A stretch of 64,000 nucleotides of DNA from Octopus sinensis (lineage: Eukaryota): assembly GCF_006345805.1 (NCBI RefSeq), contig NC_042999.1, forward strand, positions 91,574,001 through 91,638,000, given 5' to 3'. Position 1 is the stretch's first letter. Every line of letters starts with the position of its first letter. The notes under the pieces are model-generated. The model saw only the letters and a list, made by a program, of their open reading frames with translations, had not been told where the DNA came from and did no database searches. Below, one piece after another: positions 38,200 to 50,926 of the stretch. Position numbers and translations under genes: made by a program.

Positions 38200-38580
38200 T
38201 TCCGAAGATCAACAAAAATAATATTGTTTGACCTTTCCCACCAAAACACCTGTCAAGTGTACACATAAAGACCGGATATTGTTGTTTGAGGCGGGCAAGA
38301 AAATGTATGTACTGTCATAGAAGTCATATCCTACTGATATGAATATATTTTTGAAAATCGAAAAGAAAAGGATAACTATGGAAAATTGCTTCGAAACCTC
38401 CAGTTTTTATATCCAGATTATAAGTTCACTTTTATACAAATGTCTAATTGACAATTTGGATAGCCCAGGGTTTTCAGAAGCAGAAATCAGCCATCTAACA
38501 CGCACATGACAAATACAATCTGTAAATGCAACATAAAATATATGCAAGATTTTTCTCATTGTTTTTGTATTCGGCGAAGC
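38200..38580 (+). mobile_element. REL-type (R4-like) LINE 3' end, second family, degenerate
   Basis: RPDIVV..CTVIEV..KEKDNYGKLLRNLQFLYPDYKF, then LGFSE.EI..ICKIFL. Homologous to 49540-50190. Confidence 0.7.
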
Positions 38581-39159
38581 TCCACCGATGGAGATTTGTA
38601 TCGTTTGAAACCAGCTCCTTCTCCAGAGGAAGAACTCAAATAATTGAAAACAGAAGGGCACATATATACATATAGTCAATAGCTGAGTGCAGTGAAATTT
38701 AAACTTCTGTATATAAAAGAAACTTGTTTACTTGCTTATTCAACACAAACCATTTAAGATTTCAAGTAAATTTAATTTTGGATTAAGTAATTAAATTCTT
38801 CATATAAAACTTATTAAGAAATAAAGAATTTAATTGTGTCATCGTATTATGTTTTATTCGAATCAATGAACAAGACAAGATACTTTTGTTTCCTTTCAAA
38901 ACCGATATAAAACAGAGACGTTTCTTCTAGAAATTTGCAAACAAGTTCGTTTGTGTTCGTACAGTAACCAAATGGAAATTTTGGTATAGCAAAATATAAT
39001 TTAATTATACTATCTCAACTATTATCTAACTATAGAATAACAATGGAATTCTGTTGTCGAATTTGCTATCTAAACACGAAAAGAAAAAGAAAAACCTCTC
39101 CTTTTACTTGATTATTCTTACCTCTTCAATATAAGCAAATATATACTTTTGAATACCCT

Positions 39160-39216
39160 CCAGTATATATGCATATATATATATATATGCGTGTGCGTGT
39201 GTGTGAGTGTACATAT

Positions 39217-39260
<44 letters not shown>

Positions 39261-39842
39261 GTGTGTGTGTGCGTATGTGTGTACATATACATATATATAT
39301 ATATATACACGTATATATGCATATATATATATATTTATATATATGTATGTATATTTATATATGTTTAAAGATATATATGCACACACACAGCCATACATAA
39401 ATACAAACACACACACACATATATGCACATTATATATACACATGTACATATATGCAAACACATGAATATACGTACTTGAGTATGGGTGTTCGTGTTAGTA
39501 TACAAGTATACATAAAGGTGATGTATTGCATACGAAAATGTACATTAAGATATAAGGATATAAAGTACTGTATCATTGCGTGTCTATGTGTGTGTAAATT
39601 TACGTATATATATATATATATATATACATTTATATATAAATAATATACATATATACATACGTATATATATGCATATGTAAAATACATATATGTATGTGTA
39701 TATATGTATATATGTACATATATATGTATGTATATATATATATATGTATATATATATATGTATGTATGTATGTATTTGTACATATATGGATATATAGATG
39801 CACAAATACATATGTGTGCGTGTGTGTGTGTGTGTGTGTGGA
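39160..39842. repeat. Large compound TA/CA/TACA/GT microsatellite block
   Basis: Direct reading. Confidence 0.95.
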
Positions 39843-41368
39843 GTTAGAGAGGGAATCACTCTTTGATATAACTATAAAGATATGTAATTTTGAAAATTCA
39901 AATATATATATTTGCTTCAATCTTTTTATTTCAGAAAATCTTTTAAGACGGTAACAATATATTAAATATTTTCTCTTTATTAGTTAAGTTTTACTGATAT
40001 AGATATTTAATGTTTGTATAAATAATTCCCGTTATAATGATATTAGTCTACATTTGTATCATATCACCATTATTGCAGTACCTCTTTTGTCTAGATAATG
40101 GTAAGTTCAGACTAAAGCCTTTATATAGTGTGTCTATTAAACAATCCTATTGCTGTAATTAAGCTCCCAGTGGTCTAGTTAACCAGAATTTTGATCAAAG
40201 ATGCATCAACCACGTCCATCAAGATGTTTGCTCGGGTGTTGCGTAAATAGAAAAGCGTTGCTCAGTGTCTTAACTATTATCAACACTGTAATATATTATT
40301 TGAGGAGGATTTGTCTGTCATTTCTAGTATGTCGATTGACTGGGTAGAGATTTCCTCGATGGCTCGAGATGGATTTGTTCTTGCGAATTTAACCCCAAAT
40401 TAGCTGTGATTGAGCAGACGTATAAACAAAACTTGCCAAATTGTAATGTTTTCGTCGCTCTAATGGTGTTGCATAGAACTGAATTATACAATATCTTCTT
40501 TCTTTATTTTAGATGGTTGAGTGTCAACTGATAAAGATTTGATGATTATTTCTATTAGTTCAAGCAACCACCTAGAAACTCTGTTTCATTCGTTTAATTC
40601 GGGTTATTCTCTGTGTATTTCCATGATAGAAAGTCTAAGTATATATTTTATCTAAGTTTATTTCTGTTGTGACTCTCGAGTGTCGTCTCGAAATGGAAGG
40701 AATGTATAATATATAAATGGCTATACATTATAAAAAAGCAACTTCCTATTTTGCGTTAGATTGCATAAACTACAAATGATTCTATGTTTAGTATTTTATT
40801 GTAGGAACAGAATGGCTTGTTGACATGGTGCAGCAAAATAATTCTTGTGATATAGAGCCCCTACTTATTGTCTCCTTACTGCTCACCGACCTACGTTTCC
40901 ATGTCTAATGACAGTAACTTTTGTAAGCACAAGCTCCATCTTGTCTTTTCAAATTTTTTAAGAGCAAACATGATAATAGAATCAACTTGACTTTTAACTT
41001 TATGTTCTACTGTATATAGAAATTGCATTCAGTAAACTGTTCAGTGCAGTAATTACTCAAAAAGTGCCGAATTTTCAATTTAAATCATAACACATTTGTC
41101 AGTATAGTTGACACAAGAGTTTCAATTAAATGCACGTATTCTAGCACAGAACCTAACGTCTTCATTATATGACATAACATTCTTGATTGAAGATTTACAA
41201 CATGTAGTCTTCATTTAAAAACGTTAATTGTTTCAGTGGGGGAAAGATTATGCTTTCTTGAAACTTTCTTATACGTACAAACGTACTACGCACAACTAAA
41301 CACACTCTCTATCGCACTCATAAATATTCACACACTCAAAGATTGTGACACACGCAAACACAAACACA

Positions 41369-41437
<69 letters not shown>

Positions 41438-42679
41438 TATATATATTACACGCAGACATGCTCCGCTGTCCTATTTCTGATGCTATAAACTTTGCGTTGT
41501 AAAGGTAGTCATTAGAAAAGGTACCAACGATGAAAGTTTTGAAAAATATTAATGTTATTATTGTTGACAATGTGTGGCAGGAGAGAAGCCGTGCAGTAAA
41601 TTGAGGATAAGGCTGTTGAAGCTATCGCTACATATGCTTTGTAACTTTCCTGTTACGCACTTTGAATACTACATTCCCAGTATAGATAATTGCATTGCAT
41701 AACCATTTGCCGTTAAGTGGATTGATTTCATTAGTCCGGCAATTAACTCTTGCAAATATGACATCCCAAGTGTGCTGTATGAAAATAAAATGTGGTATTG
41801 TTTAGTGCAAGCACATTTTCAGAGGCCGTTTTCTGAACCATAAGTCCACAATGACGATTGAAGAAAAAAAATAAACAAACAAAAAAGAAAAAAAACAGCA
41901 CGGCATTGTTCATTTAGGGTTGGAAATTGAAAGATCATATTGATAACGACTAGTCAATCATATCATATATAAACAGGCAAGGAAATAGCAATGCTATACT
42001 GCAAATCGACACATTAAATAAAAGGACCCAAATATTTAAATGGCGTTACAAGAGTGAATTTTATCTCGAGAATTACAATCGCTCAACATACCATAATTTA
42101 GTTATAGAATATAAAATCAAGACCCCTGACGTACACCAACAGGAACTTTACTAAACTTGCTCTTCCATCAGCACAAATACATGTATTTTGAAAATTGTTT
42201 TTCATATAGTCTGATGATTGATGACTGATGACTATTTTCAGGTTTAAAACATGAAGTCATGAAAGAATAATCCCTCATTTTCCCATCTCCCTCTCTCCTC
42301 CTCTTTTTGTATGTATGAACCGGTTTCTAACCTAGATCCAAGACTCCTTCATCAACAACAGAGTATGTATGTATGTATGTATGTATGTATGTATGTATGT
42401 ATGTATGTATGTATGTATGTATGTATGTATGTATCTATCTATCTATGTATGTCTTATCTGTCTGTCTGTATACGTTTATGAATTTGTATTGCAAGATTCC
42501 TGAGGTGAAATCGTGTGTTGAAAAAATATTGTTATAAATCGGGATTGTCATATTTTTTTGCCAAATAAGCACATGCACTATATATTCGTTATTCAGTCAT
42601 TTATAATTGTTCTTATTTCATCTTATGCTCATTGTCTGGAAATCTTTCTTCACACATCTGTGACCTTTTCAGAGATTTT

Positions 42680-43100
42680 TCCATCTCACGTGTATCTTCC
42701 TGTTCTATTTAGTCCATACTCTAATGGCATCGGCTATAACTATGGAAACCTTAGGAAGGCGGAATGGCGCTAGTATACATGAGTGAGGAACAGGATCAAA
42801 TGCCACTTTATAGTCTAGTCAGACAGTCAACAGATTTCGGCAATGTTGCTTCACTTCTTTCAGAACTGTTCGTGTTGGAGAGGAACTGCTTGGTTTGAAA
42901 CAGTCACTGACCACTTCTTAATTCCCACTCATAAATCATCCCGTCATTTGTTTTACAGCGAACCTGTACGAATATATTCCAGTAACATGTGTACAGCTAA
43001 TATGTACACAGAAACATGCTGTGGTTTCCTGGTTTCTAGCTACAAGTACTGAACATGCTACTGTTAGCAAGTCACTTACTTTGTGTATGGCGTCTATTAT
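42680..43100 (-). mobile_element. R4/Dong-like RT core remnant
   Basis: TVLKEVKQHCRNLLTV*LDYKVAFDPVPHSCIL..LPKV..AIRVWT (cf. NL..AWIDY.KAFDSVPHSW). Confidence 0.7.
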
Positions 43101-43808
43101 CCGTCTCAAGAAGTTGTCGAAGGTTACCATGTGAAAGATCATCTTTCCATAACTGTCTAGAAGGTGTCTTCACCGGGATTTTTCTGTTCGGTAGCTTTAC
43201 AATAACAGTCACGAGATTTTAACTGTCGGTATACGATTGATGCATGTTTTGGGAGATAAGTTTACTCAGTACCTACGCTGTAACTCATTTCCCCACAATG
43301 ACTCACGTTTGCGCTAATAATTTACATTCCAGATCCCTGCTGGCAATAACTCTAGAGCATTCTAGAGATGAGCTTTAACGACACTAAGGATATAACCTTT
43401 CATGCTGCAATACGTTGCTCGAGAGTTTAATGCAAATTTGGTATTTGATAGTCCTACTTTCTAGAAATGTGTTGCGACAGTGATTTACCTCTCGTGCTTC
43501 AGAGTAATTAACTAGCTTACCCGTGCGTGTCTTAAGTCGGTAGTTCCCATAGAGCTTTAGTATTCAATTACAATTTGTAACTGATAATTGATGAATGTAT
43601 GGTTCCGTTTGCATTTAACAATACTATGCAATCGTTCAGTATCTTTCCTGCACCTGTTGGTATTTTATGGAGACAGGTCACTTTGGGTGTTTTGGCTGTT
43701 TTCTTATTACGATCGATGACCGTTACTCCCATCTTTTGGTGAATGGCAAATGCAAAACAGATTCAGATAACTTGCAAATTTTGCTTAAGTGTATACACAC
43801 AGACACAC

Positions 43809-43876
<68 letters not shown>

Positions 43877-44054
43877 ATAATAAATATTAGGGAATAAATC
43901 CAAATTTACAGGGAAAAAAATCAGATTTAGGATTAATCCAATTTTATAGTAAAATATTATAAAATATTATTAGAGACAAAACCACTATTTTGCAAAACAA
44001 ACAAGGAAAGACTTAATCAATACATAAAATTTTAATAAATAGTCAAAAAAACCG

Positions 44055-44097
44055 CCACTACAATCGTTTCTTGTCTTGATCGACAATCTTCAGGTGG
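44055..44097 (-). ncRNA. Type I hammerhead ribozyme (mirror copy)
   Basis: Exact reverse complement of 44151-44193. Confidence 0.75.
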
Positions 44098-44150
44098 ACT
44101 TCCAATAAGTCAGTTTCAAATTATTAATTTGAAACTGACTTATTGGAAGT

Positions 44151-44193
44151 CCACCTGAAGATTGTCGATCAAGACAAGAAACGATTGTAGTGG
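44151..44193 (+). ncRNA. Type I hammerhead ribozyme
   Basis: CCAC-CTGAAGA-TTGTC gatcaa GACAA-GAAA-C gatt G-T-A-GTGG. All three helices pair. GUA triplet. Confidence 0.78.
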
Positions 44194-44280
44194 CGGTTTT
44201 TTTGACTATTTATTAAAATTTTATGTATTGATTAAGTCTTTCCTTGTTTGTTTTGCAAAATAGTGGTTTTGTCTCTAATA

Positions 44281-44359
<79 letters not shown>

Positions 44360-44372
44360 ATATATATGTATG

Positions 44373-44433
<61 letters not shown>

Positions 44434-44454
44434 TGTGCGCGCCTTTGTGTTTGT

Positions 44455-44640
44455 GTTTGTATACAGCTACCGTTTGACAACTAGTGTCGGTTTGTTTACC
44501 TCCCTGTAATTTAGTGTTTCAGCAAAAGAAACCGATGGATTAAGTACCAGATTTTAAAAATGTACTTCAGCGATTTGCTCGACTTAACCATTCAAGGCGG
44601 TGATGTAGTACGGCCCAAGTTCAATGGCTGAAACAAGTAA
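44455..44640 (+). mobile_element. CORE-type SINE 3' half
   Basis: gtttgacaac..tgtttac.tccc.gtaa.ttag..ttcagcaaaagaaaccgat..ggctgaaacaagtaa. Confidence 0.75.
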
Positions 44641-45278
44641 TAGATTATATATATATGTATGCACGCGCGCGTGTGTGCATCTATGTGTGCGCGTGCATGT
44701 ATATATGTATGTATGTAGGTAGGTATCTCTCTGTCTTTCTGTCTGTCTAACTAACCAAGTAACAATCTACCATTAATGTATTTTTCTATTTTCTATGGCT
44801 CCATTAATATATTGTACAGTAAATCTATGATGGAGCACGCCCCATTTGCGCCTTTTACTTGGAGCATTTTGCATATAATATGTCACATGCTTACATAACG
44901 AATATATAAGGATATGCTGAATGACGATAGCAGAAAATTTCTTTAAAAAATTTAATTTTCTTTCTAATCAAAGAAATATACCCCAAAATATAGCACCACC
45001 TGTTAGCAACTAATAACTAAATGGGGAGATAACTTTAGCAGATTTAGGATTAACTAACGTGACCTAATATTCATGTTTAAATAGAAACCTGTCCATTCGT
45101 ATTTAGGACGGTTATAGCAACGGATATGGTTCTGGTAATACTGAGCCAACCTCATCGGTGGCCAAATTTATTCACTTTATCAGTAAGATTCTATAAAACA
45201 TAAAAATATAGCCTTGTGAGAGGTAGGGGGAAAACTGAAAAAAGCCCGTCGTGTACACACATAATACATAATATATAT

Positions 45279-45520
45279 AATTACAGCGTGGAAGGTGTTT
45301 ATAAGCCATTTAAGAAACGTACAAAAGCCGTTAGATTCACTTCAACATTTTAATTGATGCAGCACGGAATTTTGTCAGTGAACAGGTCGCGGTCTCAAAG
45401 CGACGAAAATATTTTTTGTGTGTTTCTTAAATGGCTTATAAACACCTTCCACGCTGCAATTGTTTTCGTTCCAGCACACCATCTCAGATCAGGTCACTTG
45501 CTATGCAAGTGCATCTCCGT

Positions 45521-45530
<10 letters not shown>
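45279..45530. repeat. Inverted pair of a short interspersed element (40-bp arms)
   Basis: 45279-45318 and 45422-45461 are reverse complements with 1 mismatch. Confidence 0.85.
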
Positions 45531-45611
<81 letters not shown>

Positions 45612-45773
45612 AATATATATATATATACCAATACTTATAACGATGTCCCCATATTCTCTATCGTTATAGTTATTGCTAATATAAACTGCAGATAACATTA
45701 CCATGTATGTATGTATGTATGTATGTATTTATAAATATACGTATATGTATATATATATATATGCATATATATA

Positions 45774-45811
<38 letters not shown>

Positions 45812-46207
45812 TATATATATTTAAATAAATAAAACATATGCATATATACATACATATATGTACGTACCTACCTCTACATGTATATATACATGCATATATG
45901 GGTACAGGACACCAAAAAAAAAAACGTCGAACACAATGAGAAACGAAAGTATAAACACAAAACCGAGGAAATGGAAATTTTTGTAAACAATGAAAAAATA
46001 GAGTACAGGACATACAAACAAGGAAATTTCCCCTTTTTCAGTCGCTTTAATTTCATCTACTCCACGTCTCGATATATATATATATATGTAATATTTGTTC
46101 TTACAAGCTATTTTTTGAATCTGTTATGATAAAATGAATTTTACATTTATCTGATGGGTTACTCTATACTTTTGTACAGTACACATTTATTATTCTTAAA
46201 CACCATT

Positions 46208-46280
46208 TACAGTGACTTCGAAGTTTCGCTCACTCAAACCTACATACCCCAAGTAGATTTTAACTCATCAGAGACCTATA
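46208..46280 (-). ncRNA. Type I hammerhead motif with bulged helices
   Basis: TATAGGTCT-CTGATGA-GTT..AAATCTAC loop GTAGGTTT..AGC-GAAA-CTTCGAAG-TC-ACTGTA. Exact core, palindromic ACTTCGAAGT, GUC triplet. Confidence 0.6.
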
Positions 46281-47467
46281 TAAAGCCAGACTTAACTACG
46301 ATACATCATGGCCCGATTATGGTTCACCTGGCCGAGACTTCGAAGTTACTGATCTTGAAATGCTTGTTTAAGAATTTCGAGGTCTGATGAGTAAGTATCC
46401 AGACTGTTACCCTAGTAACGAAGCTAAAGCACGCAGAGTAAAGCCGCTTGGCAAAGATTGACCTTGAACTCTGCTGTGCAGGCGTACTTAAGTTTTAACG
46501 TTTTAGCTCACTTCCGCTGTTTACAGCAGTGCTTCGAAGGGAGGTGTGAAGCGTGTGATCGTCGCATTGACGTAAAAAGATATGACATAAAAATAATAGA
46601 ATTGATTATGTCGTATTGTTACTATTGTTTCATTATAGGCGTTTCTTTTGATGTAAATTGGTTATAGTCGTGCATGCAGTAAATACAGCATCCATACGAT
46701 TACGCAATATGTTACGCAACTCTTAAATCATCAGGCTACTAAATAAACAAGAGGTGATATGCTGGTTAATGAACAGATCATCGCCAAGGGACCTTTTACA
46801 GAATTACCAATATTTAAGAAATGTAAAGCGGGTGGGCCCACAACCTATCGATCACAGAGAGTGGATAGTTGACTGTTCTTTAACTATTCTTTAATTTACA
46901 TCATAAATTAAAGAATAATTAAAGGCACTTATATTCTAATCGTGTCCTTAAACTTAACAATCTCATTCATCAAGAATAGTAGTGACAGAACATGCTTGAT
47001 TGCCGGAGGATAGCAGGCACCGAACTTGACATTTGATTCTTTCAAAACATATTCAAAGGTCAGCAGACGGCTCTATTTATAAAAGAACCGTTTACCTTGC
47101 TATGTTGCTTGAAGTTATCTACATTGACAATTGGCCTGGTTAATAACATCTAACGTTACTGATTCACTCTCATAATTGATTAATCTTAATAAAAGTACTT
47201 CGTTTAATTATTAGAAAACTAATAGAATATCAGCTTTAATCAACGGAGAATAAGCTTGTAATTCAAAGAGAATAACTTAATGAAATACATAGTTTAGAGA
47301 TCTTCCCTCCAAAATTCAGAGGAATGAAAAAAAAAAGGATATAGAGGTAAAAAGAAAAGGAAAAGGGATAGAGAAGAGGATAAATCAAATAGAGAGAACG
47401 GTTAACATATTGACAGGAAAGTGGTTTTGGGATGAACGAATAATTATGCACCCTAGACTAATGAATG

Positions 47468-48100
47468 TATTGTGTTTAGTCAAAAGTTTTGCAATATTTT
47501 GATAATTTGTTTGCTTTATTTGTCAAGTTACAACAAAAGCAGCTTAGCATTCAAAGCAGAGGTTACAGTGTTGCACCGTCTGAAGTCACCTTTTTGGCAC
47601 TTCTTAGATCCCACGCTGATATTAGTTCTTATCGTTCGAGGCGAAGAACTTCCTCACTCCTCCTCTTCCATCTCCTCGTGGTTGATGAATCATCGCAAGC
47701 TCAGGAAGCGAACCATAGACTGAAACTAATAATCTGCGGGAGCAACGTCCGGACTATATGCTGGTTGTGGCATGAGTTCGATTCTTTCAAGTTCTTGGAG
47801 TTTATTGCGGATCGTTTGAGCGGTATGAGGTCTTGTGTTGTCTCGTTTTCTGTTAACCAATGCCGGGTATTTTTGCCGCGCAATAACATACATTTGTTCA
47901 AGCTGTTCGGAATACAGGTTGGCATTGATGGTTCGAGCGTCCGAAACGAACTTGTAGTGAATTACCCACTCAAAATTCCAACTGACGCCAAGCATCATCT
48001 TACTTTCGATACACGCAAATTTGGTGAGAGGTTCCGGATGCTGGACCTTGGTTAGTAATTTCTTATGCACATTAGGATTGTGGACGAACATTTCCTTCGG
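47468..48100 (-). mobile_element. Mariner transposase 3' fragment with one TIR
   Basis: KMMLGVSW..IHY..TINANLYSEQL..LVNRK..DNTRPHTA..AYSPDVAPADY. TA plus TIR-like ttgtgtttagtcaaaagttttgc at 47468. Confidence 0.9.
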
Positions 48101-48117
48101 ATTATTACTTGCATGCA

Positions 48118-48516
48118 AAGGCGGCGAGCTGGCAGAAATGTTAGCACCCCGGGCGAAATGCGTAGCCGTATTTTGTCTGCCGTTACGTTCTGAGTTCAAA
48201 TTCTGCCGAGGTCGACTTTGCCTTTCATCCTTTCGGGGTCGATAAATTAAGTACCAGTTACGCACTGGGGTCGATGTAATCGACTTAATCCGTTTGTCTG
48301 TCTTTATTTTCCCCCTCTATGTTTAGCCCCTTGTGGGTAATAAAGAAGCAGGTATTTCGCCTGTCTTTATTTTCTGAGTTCAAATTCCGCCGAGGTTGAC
48401 TTTGCCTTTCATCCTTTCGGGGTCGATAAATTAAGTACCAGTTGCGTACTGGAGTCAATCTAATCGACTGGCCCCCTTCCCGAAAATTTCGGGTCCATGT
48501 GCCTAGAGTAGAAAAA
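48118..48516 (+). mobile_element. Dimeric Meta-like SINE with 15-bp TSD
   Basis: Full monomer 48118-48349 and headless monomer 48351-48516. attattacttgcatg at 48101-48115 and 48517-48531. Confidence 0.95.
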
Positions 48517-49539
48517 ATTATTACTTGCATGTAAATTTCTTCCAATAATTACATAATGTAGCTAATATCGAGATGGGAATTTTATATATTGCTTAATTAA
48601 CATGTCACACACTTGTAACCTGAGGAGTTGAGAGTTGCGCAATATACCACGTAATCTTATGGAAATTGTGTATACTGCATGCGTGAAAGCACAGTGCTTG
48701 CGTCACGACTTTTAATGAACCAATTGTAGCAATATCAGCTAACCCATTTGTCTGCTTGTATAGCATGTATGTATCTGTAAATAAATAAATAAATGACCTG
48801 CGGGGGAAGAAATATGAAACCATGAATGTAACACTTGCCAAGGAAGAAGACACCAGCAATAATGACCCTACCACCACCAATGTGTACAACCAAAGAGATG
48901 AAAGGGTTAAAAAGTAAATGAATGAAAAAAAAGAAAAACCGCCGAAAACAAACAGGACTAAAACGATGATGATGACACAAATAAAAAAAAGAAGAAAAAA
49001 ACAAAAAATAGCTCATTAGACGAAGGAAATAAATAAGTTAGACTACTCATAAGCGAAGGTACAAATACCTAAAAAGAAAACAAACCCCGAGACAAGGAAG
49101 ACTTCAGACTACAAATATAGAAGGGTGAAAGAGCACGCACAAGTGTTAACTGCGCAGTATCTGCTGGCATGGAGACGTCGGTGCAAACTGCTGTTTCGTA
49201 CCTTCAAATATTTACATGTATACTAATAATAATTGGAGTACTTGGTTAAATAAAGGTTTAACTGTCAGTCTGGATAAGCTTGGATTTTCGGAAAAAGAAA
49301 TCAATCAAATGATTCGCACTTTAGAAATGCAACCTGTAAGCGGAGCACTAAAGCTTTGCAAGACATTTCTCGGGTTTAAAATATGACCTTGTTTTCCTTA
49401 TCTACATTCTAACAATGGAGCTTTGTATTTTTGTTGTTTGCCGCCAGCTCCTTCTTCCTCCGAAGAATTTAAATAAGGAAGAACATAAAAGAACATACAT
49501 ACAAACATACATTTATACATGCATGCATGCATGCAGATA

Positions 49540-50190
49540 TAAATATTTCTTTGAAAATCAAAGAAAAAGAGTATATATATGGAGAGCTACATCGAAACCT
49601 CCAGCTTCTATATCCAGATTATGAATTCATATTAATACCAATGATAATTGTGGAGGTGCAATGGCCCAGTGGTTAGGGCAGCGGACTCGCCGTCGTAGGA
49701 TCGTGGTTTCAATTACCAGACCGGGCATTGTGAATGTTTCTTGAGCGAAAACACCTAAAGCTCCACGATCTCCAGCAGCGGGTGGTAGCGAACCCTGTTG
49801 TACTCTTTCATCACAACTTTCTCTCACTCTTTCCTCCTGTTTCTGTTGTATCTGTATTTCAAAGGGCCAGCCTTGTCACACTCTGTGTCACGCTGACTAT
49901 CCCCGAGAACTACATTAAGGGTACACGTGTCTGTGGAGTGCTCAGCCACTTGCATGTTAATTTAATGTGCAGGCTGTTCCGTTGATCGGATCACCTGGAA
50001 CCCTTGTCATCGCAACCGACGGAGTGCTACGAGGTATATTGGAGCGCTAGGTTTTGTTAGTAAATGCTTAATGGAGAATCTGGATAAACCGAGATTTTCA
50101 GAAAAAGAAATCGACCGGCTAATTTGTACAGTACAAGTGTAGTCTGTGAGTGGGACAGTAAAAATATGCAAGACTTTTCTCAAATTGGAA
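49540..50190 (+). mobile_element. REL-type (R4-like) LINE 3' end split by a SINE
   Basis: ISLKIKEKEYIYGELHRNLQLLYPDYEFILIPMIIV [SINE] IGALGFVSKCLMENL..SGTVKICKTFLK. Confidence 0.8.
49650..50030 (+). mobile_element. tRNA-derived SINE, third family (possibly Nin/Deu-domain)
   Basis: A box tggcccagtggtt, B-box-like ggtttcaattacc, body gtggagtgctcagccacttgca, tail ccgttgatcggatca.ctggaaccct.gtc.tcg.aaccgacggag. Domain name from recall. Confidence 0.8.
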
Positions 50191-50526
50191 ACCGGTTCCC
50201 ACCTCGGCGGAAGATTTATAATAATTAAAATATAGAAGAGACATACATACACGTATGCCTTCGATTTTTATTCATTTATCAATATTCTTCCTAGAGGTTT
50301 TGATGGGGCCGGGGAACCGGATTCTAACAGCTTCGCGCGCAGCCACGTGGTTTTGTGTTTACTTCATAGCACGGAAAAATCGCTGAGTAGTTAACTTAAG
50401 TGATCTACTTTTAAAAATATATAATAACCATCTTTTTTAAAGAGAGGGAGAAGCGAAATGAGAGAGTGGGGGATAGCAATATAAACATAAACACACGTGT
50501 TTATATATATGTATATTCCAATCAGG

Positions 50527-50607
<81 letters not shown>

Positions 50608-50840
50608 AATATATATATATAATATATATATATATATAAGTGGACAAATGAATTATCTTATTACGGATAATTCGAAAGATAACCGATACCTGGGTAGCAA
50701 ACTCACAACAGAAAAAGCACGGTTGATGTTACGACCATAGGGCATAAAATCCGTGCCTTAGTACGGAAATTTGAAGTTTAATATATTAAGTATAGGAAAG
50801 AATGGAGCTGAACGAAGATTTAACAAAATTCCTTTATTTT

Positions 50841-50926
50841 ATTTTCGACATATGTTTCGAAGTCTGCAAAGTCCCTAATTCCGAATGAATAAGGAGTCCA
50901 TTATGCAGCTTTCTCTTCAGGAAAAT
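50841..50926 (-). ncRNA. Type I hammerhead ribozyme with extended helix II
   Basis: ATTTTC-CTGAAGA-GAA..CTGCA [inner hairpin] TGCAG..TTC-GAAA-CATATG-TC-GAAAAT: 6-bp helix I, palindromic ACATATGT, GUC triplet. Confidence 0.85.

Larger units (their letters stand above)
43870..44290. mobile_element. Back-to-back pair of a short HHR-bearing element forming a perfect palindrome
   Basis: 43958-44123 is the exact reverse complement of 44125-44290 (1-nt loop). The left copy continues to about 43870 and ends in (AAT)/(AT)n. Confidence 0.9.

Noticed and set aside
42860-42920. Plus-strand EELLGL resembling a hAT transposase
   Set aside because: The minus strand gives a much better R4-like RT match (LDYKVAFDPVPHS).
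46780-47260. Possible RT thumb remnant
   Set aside because: No diagnostic motif could be read in any frame.
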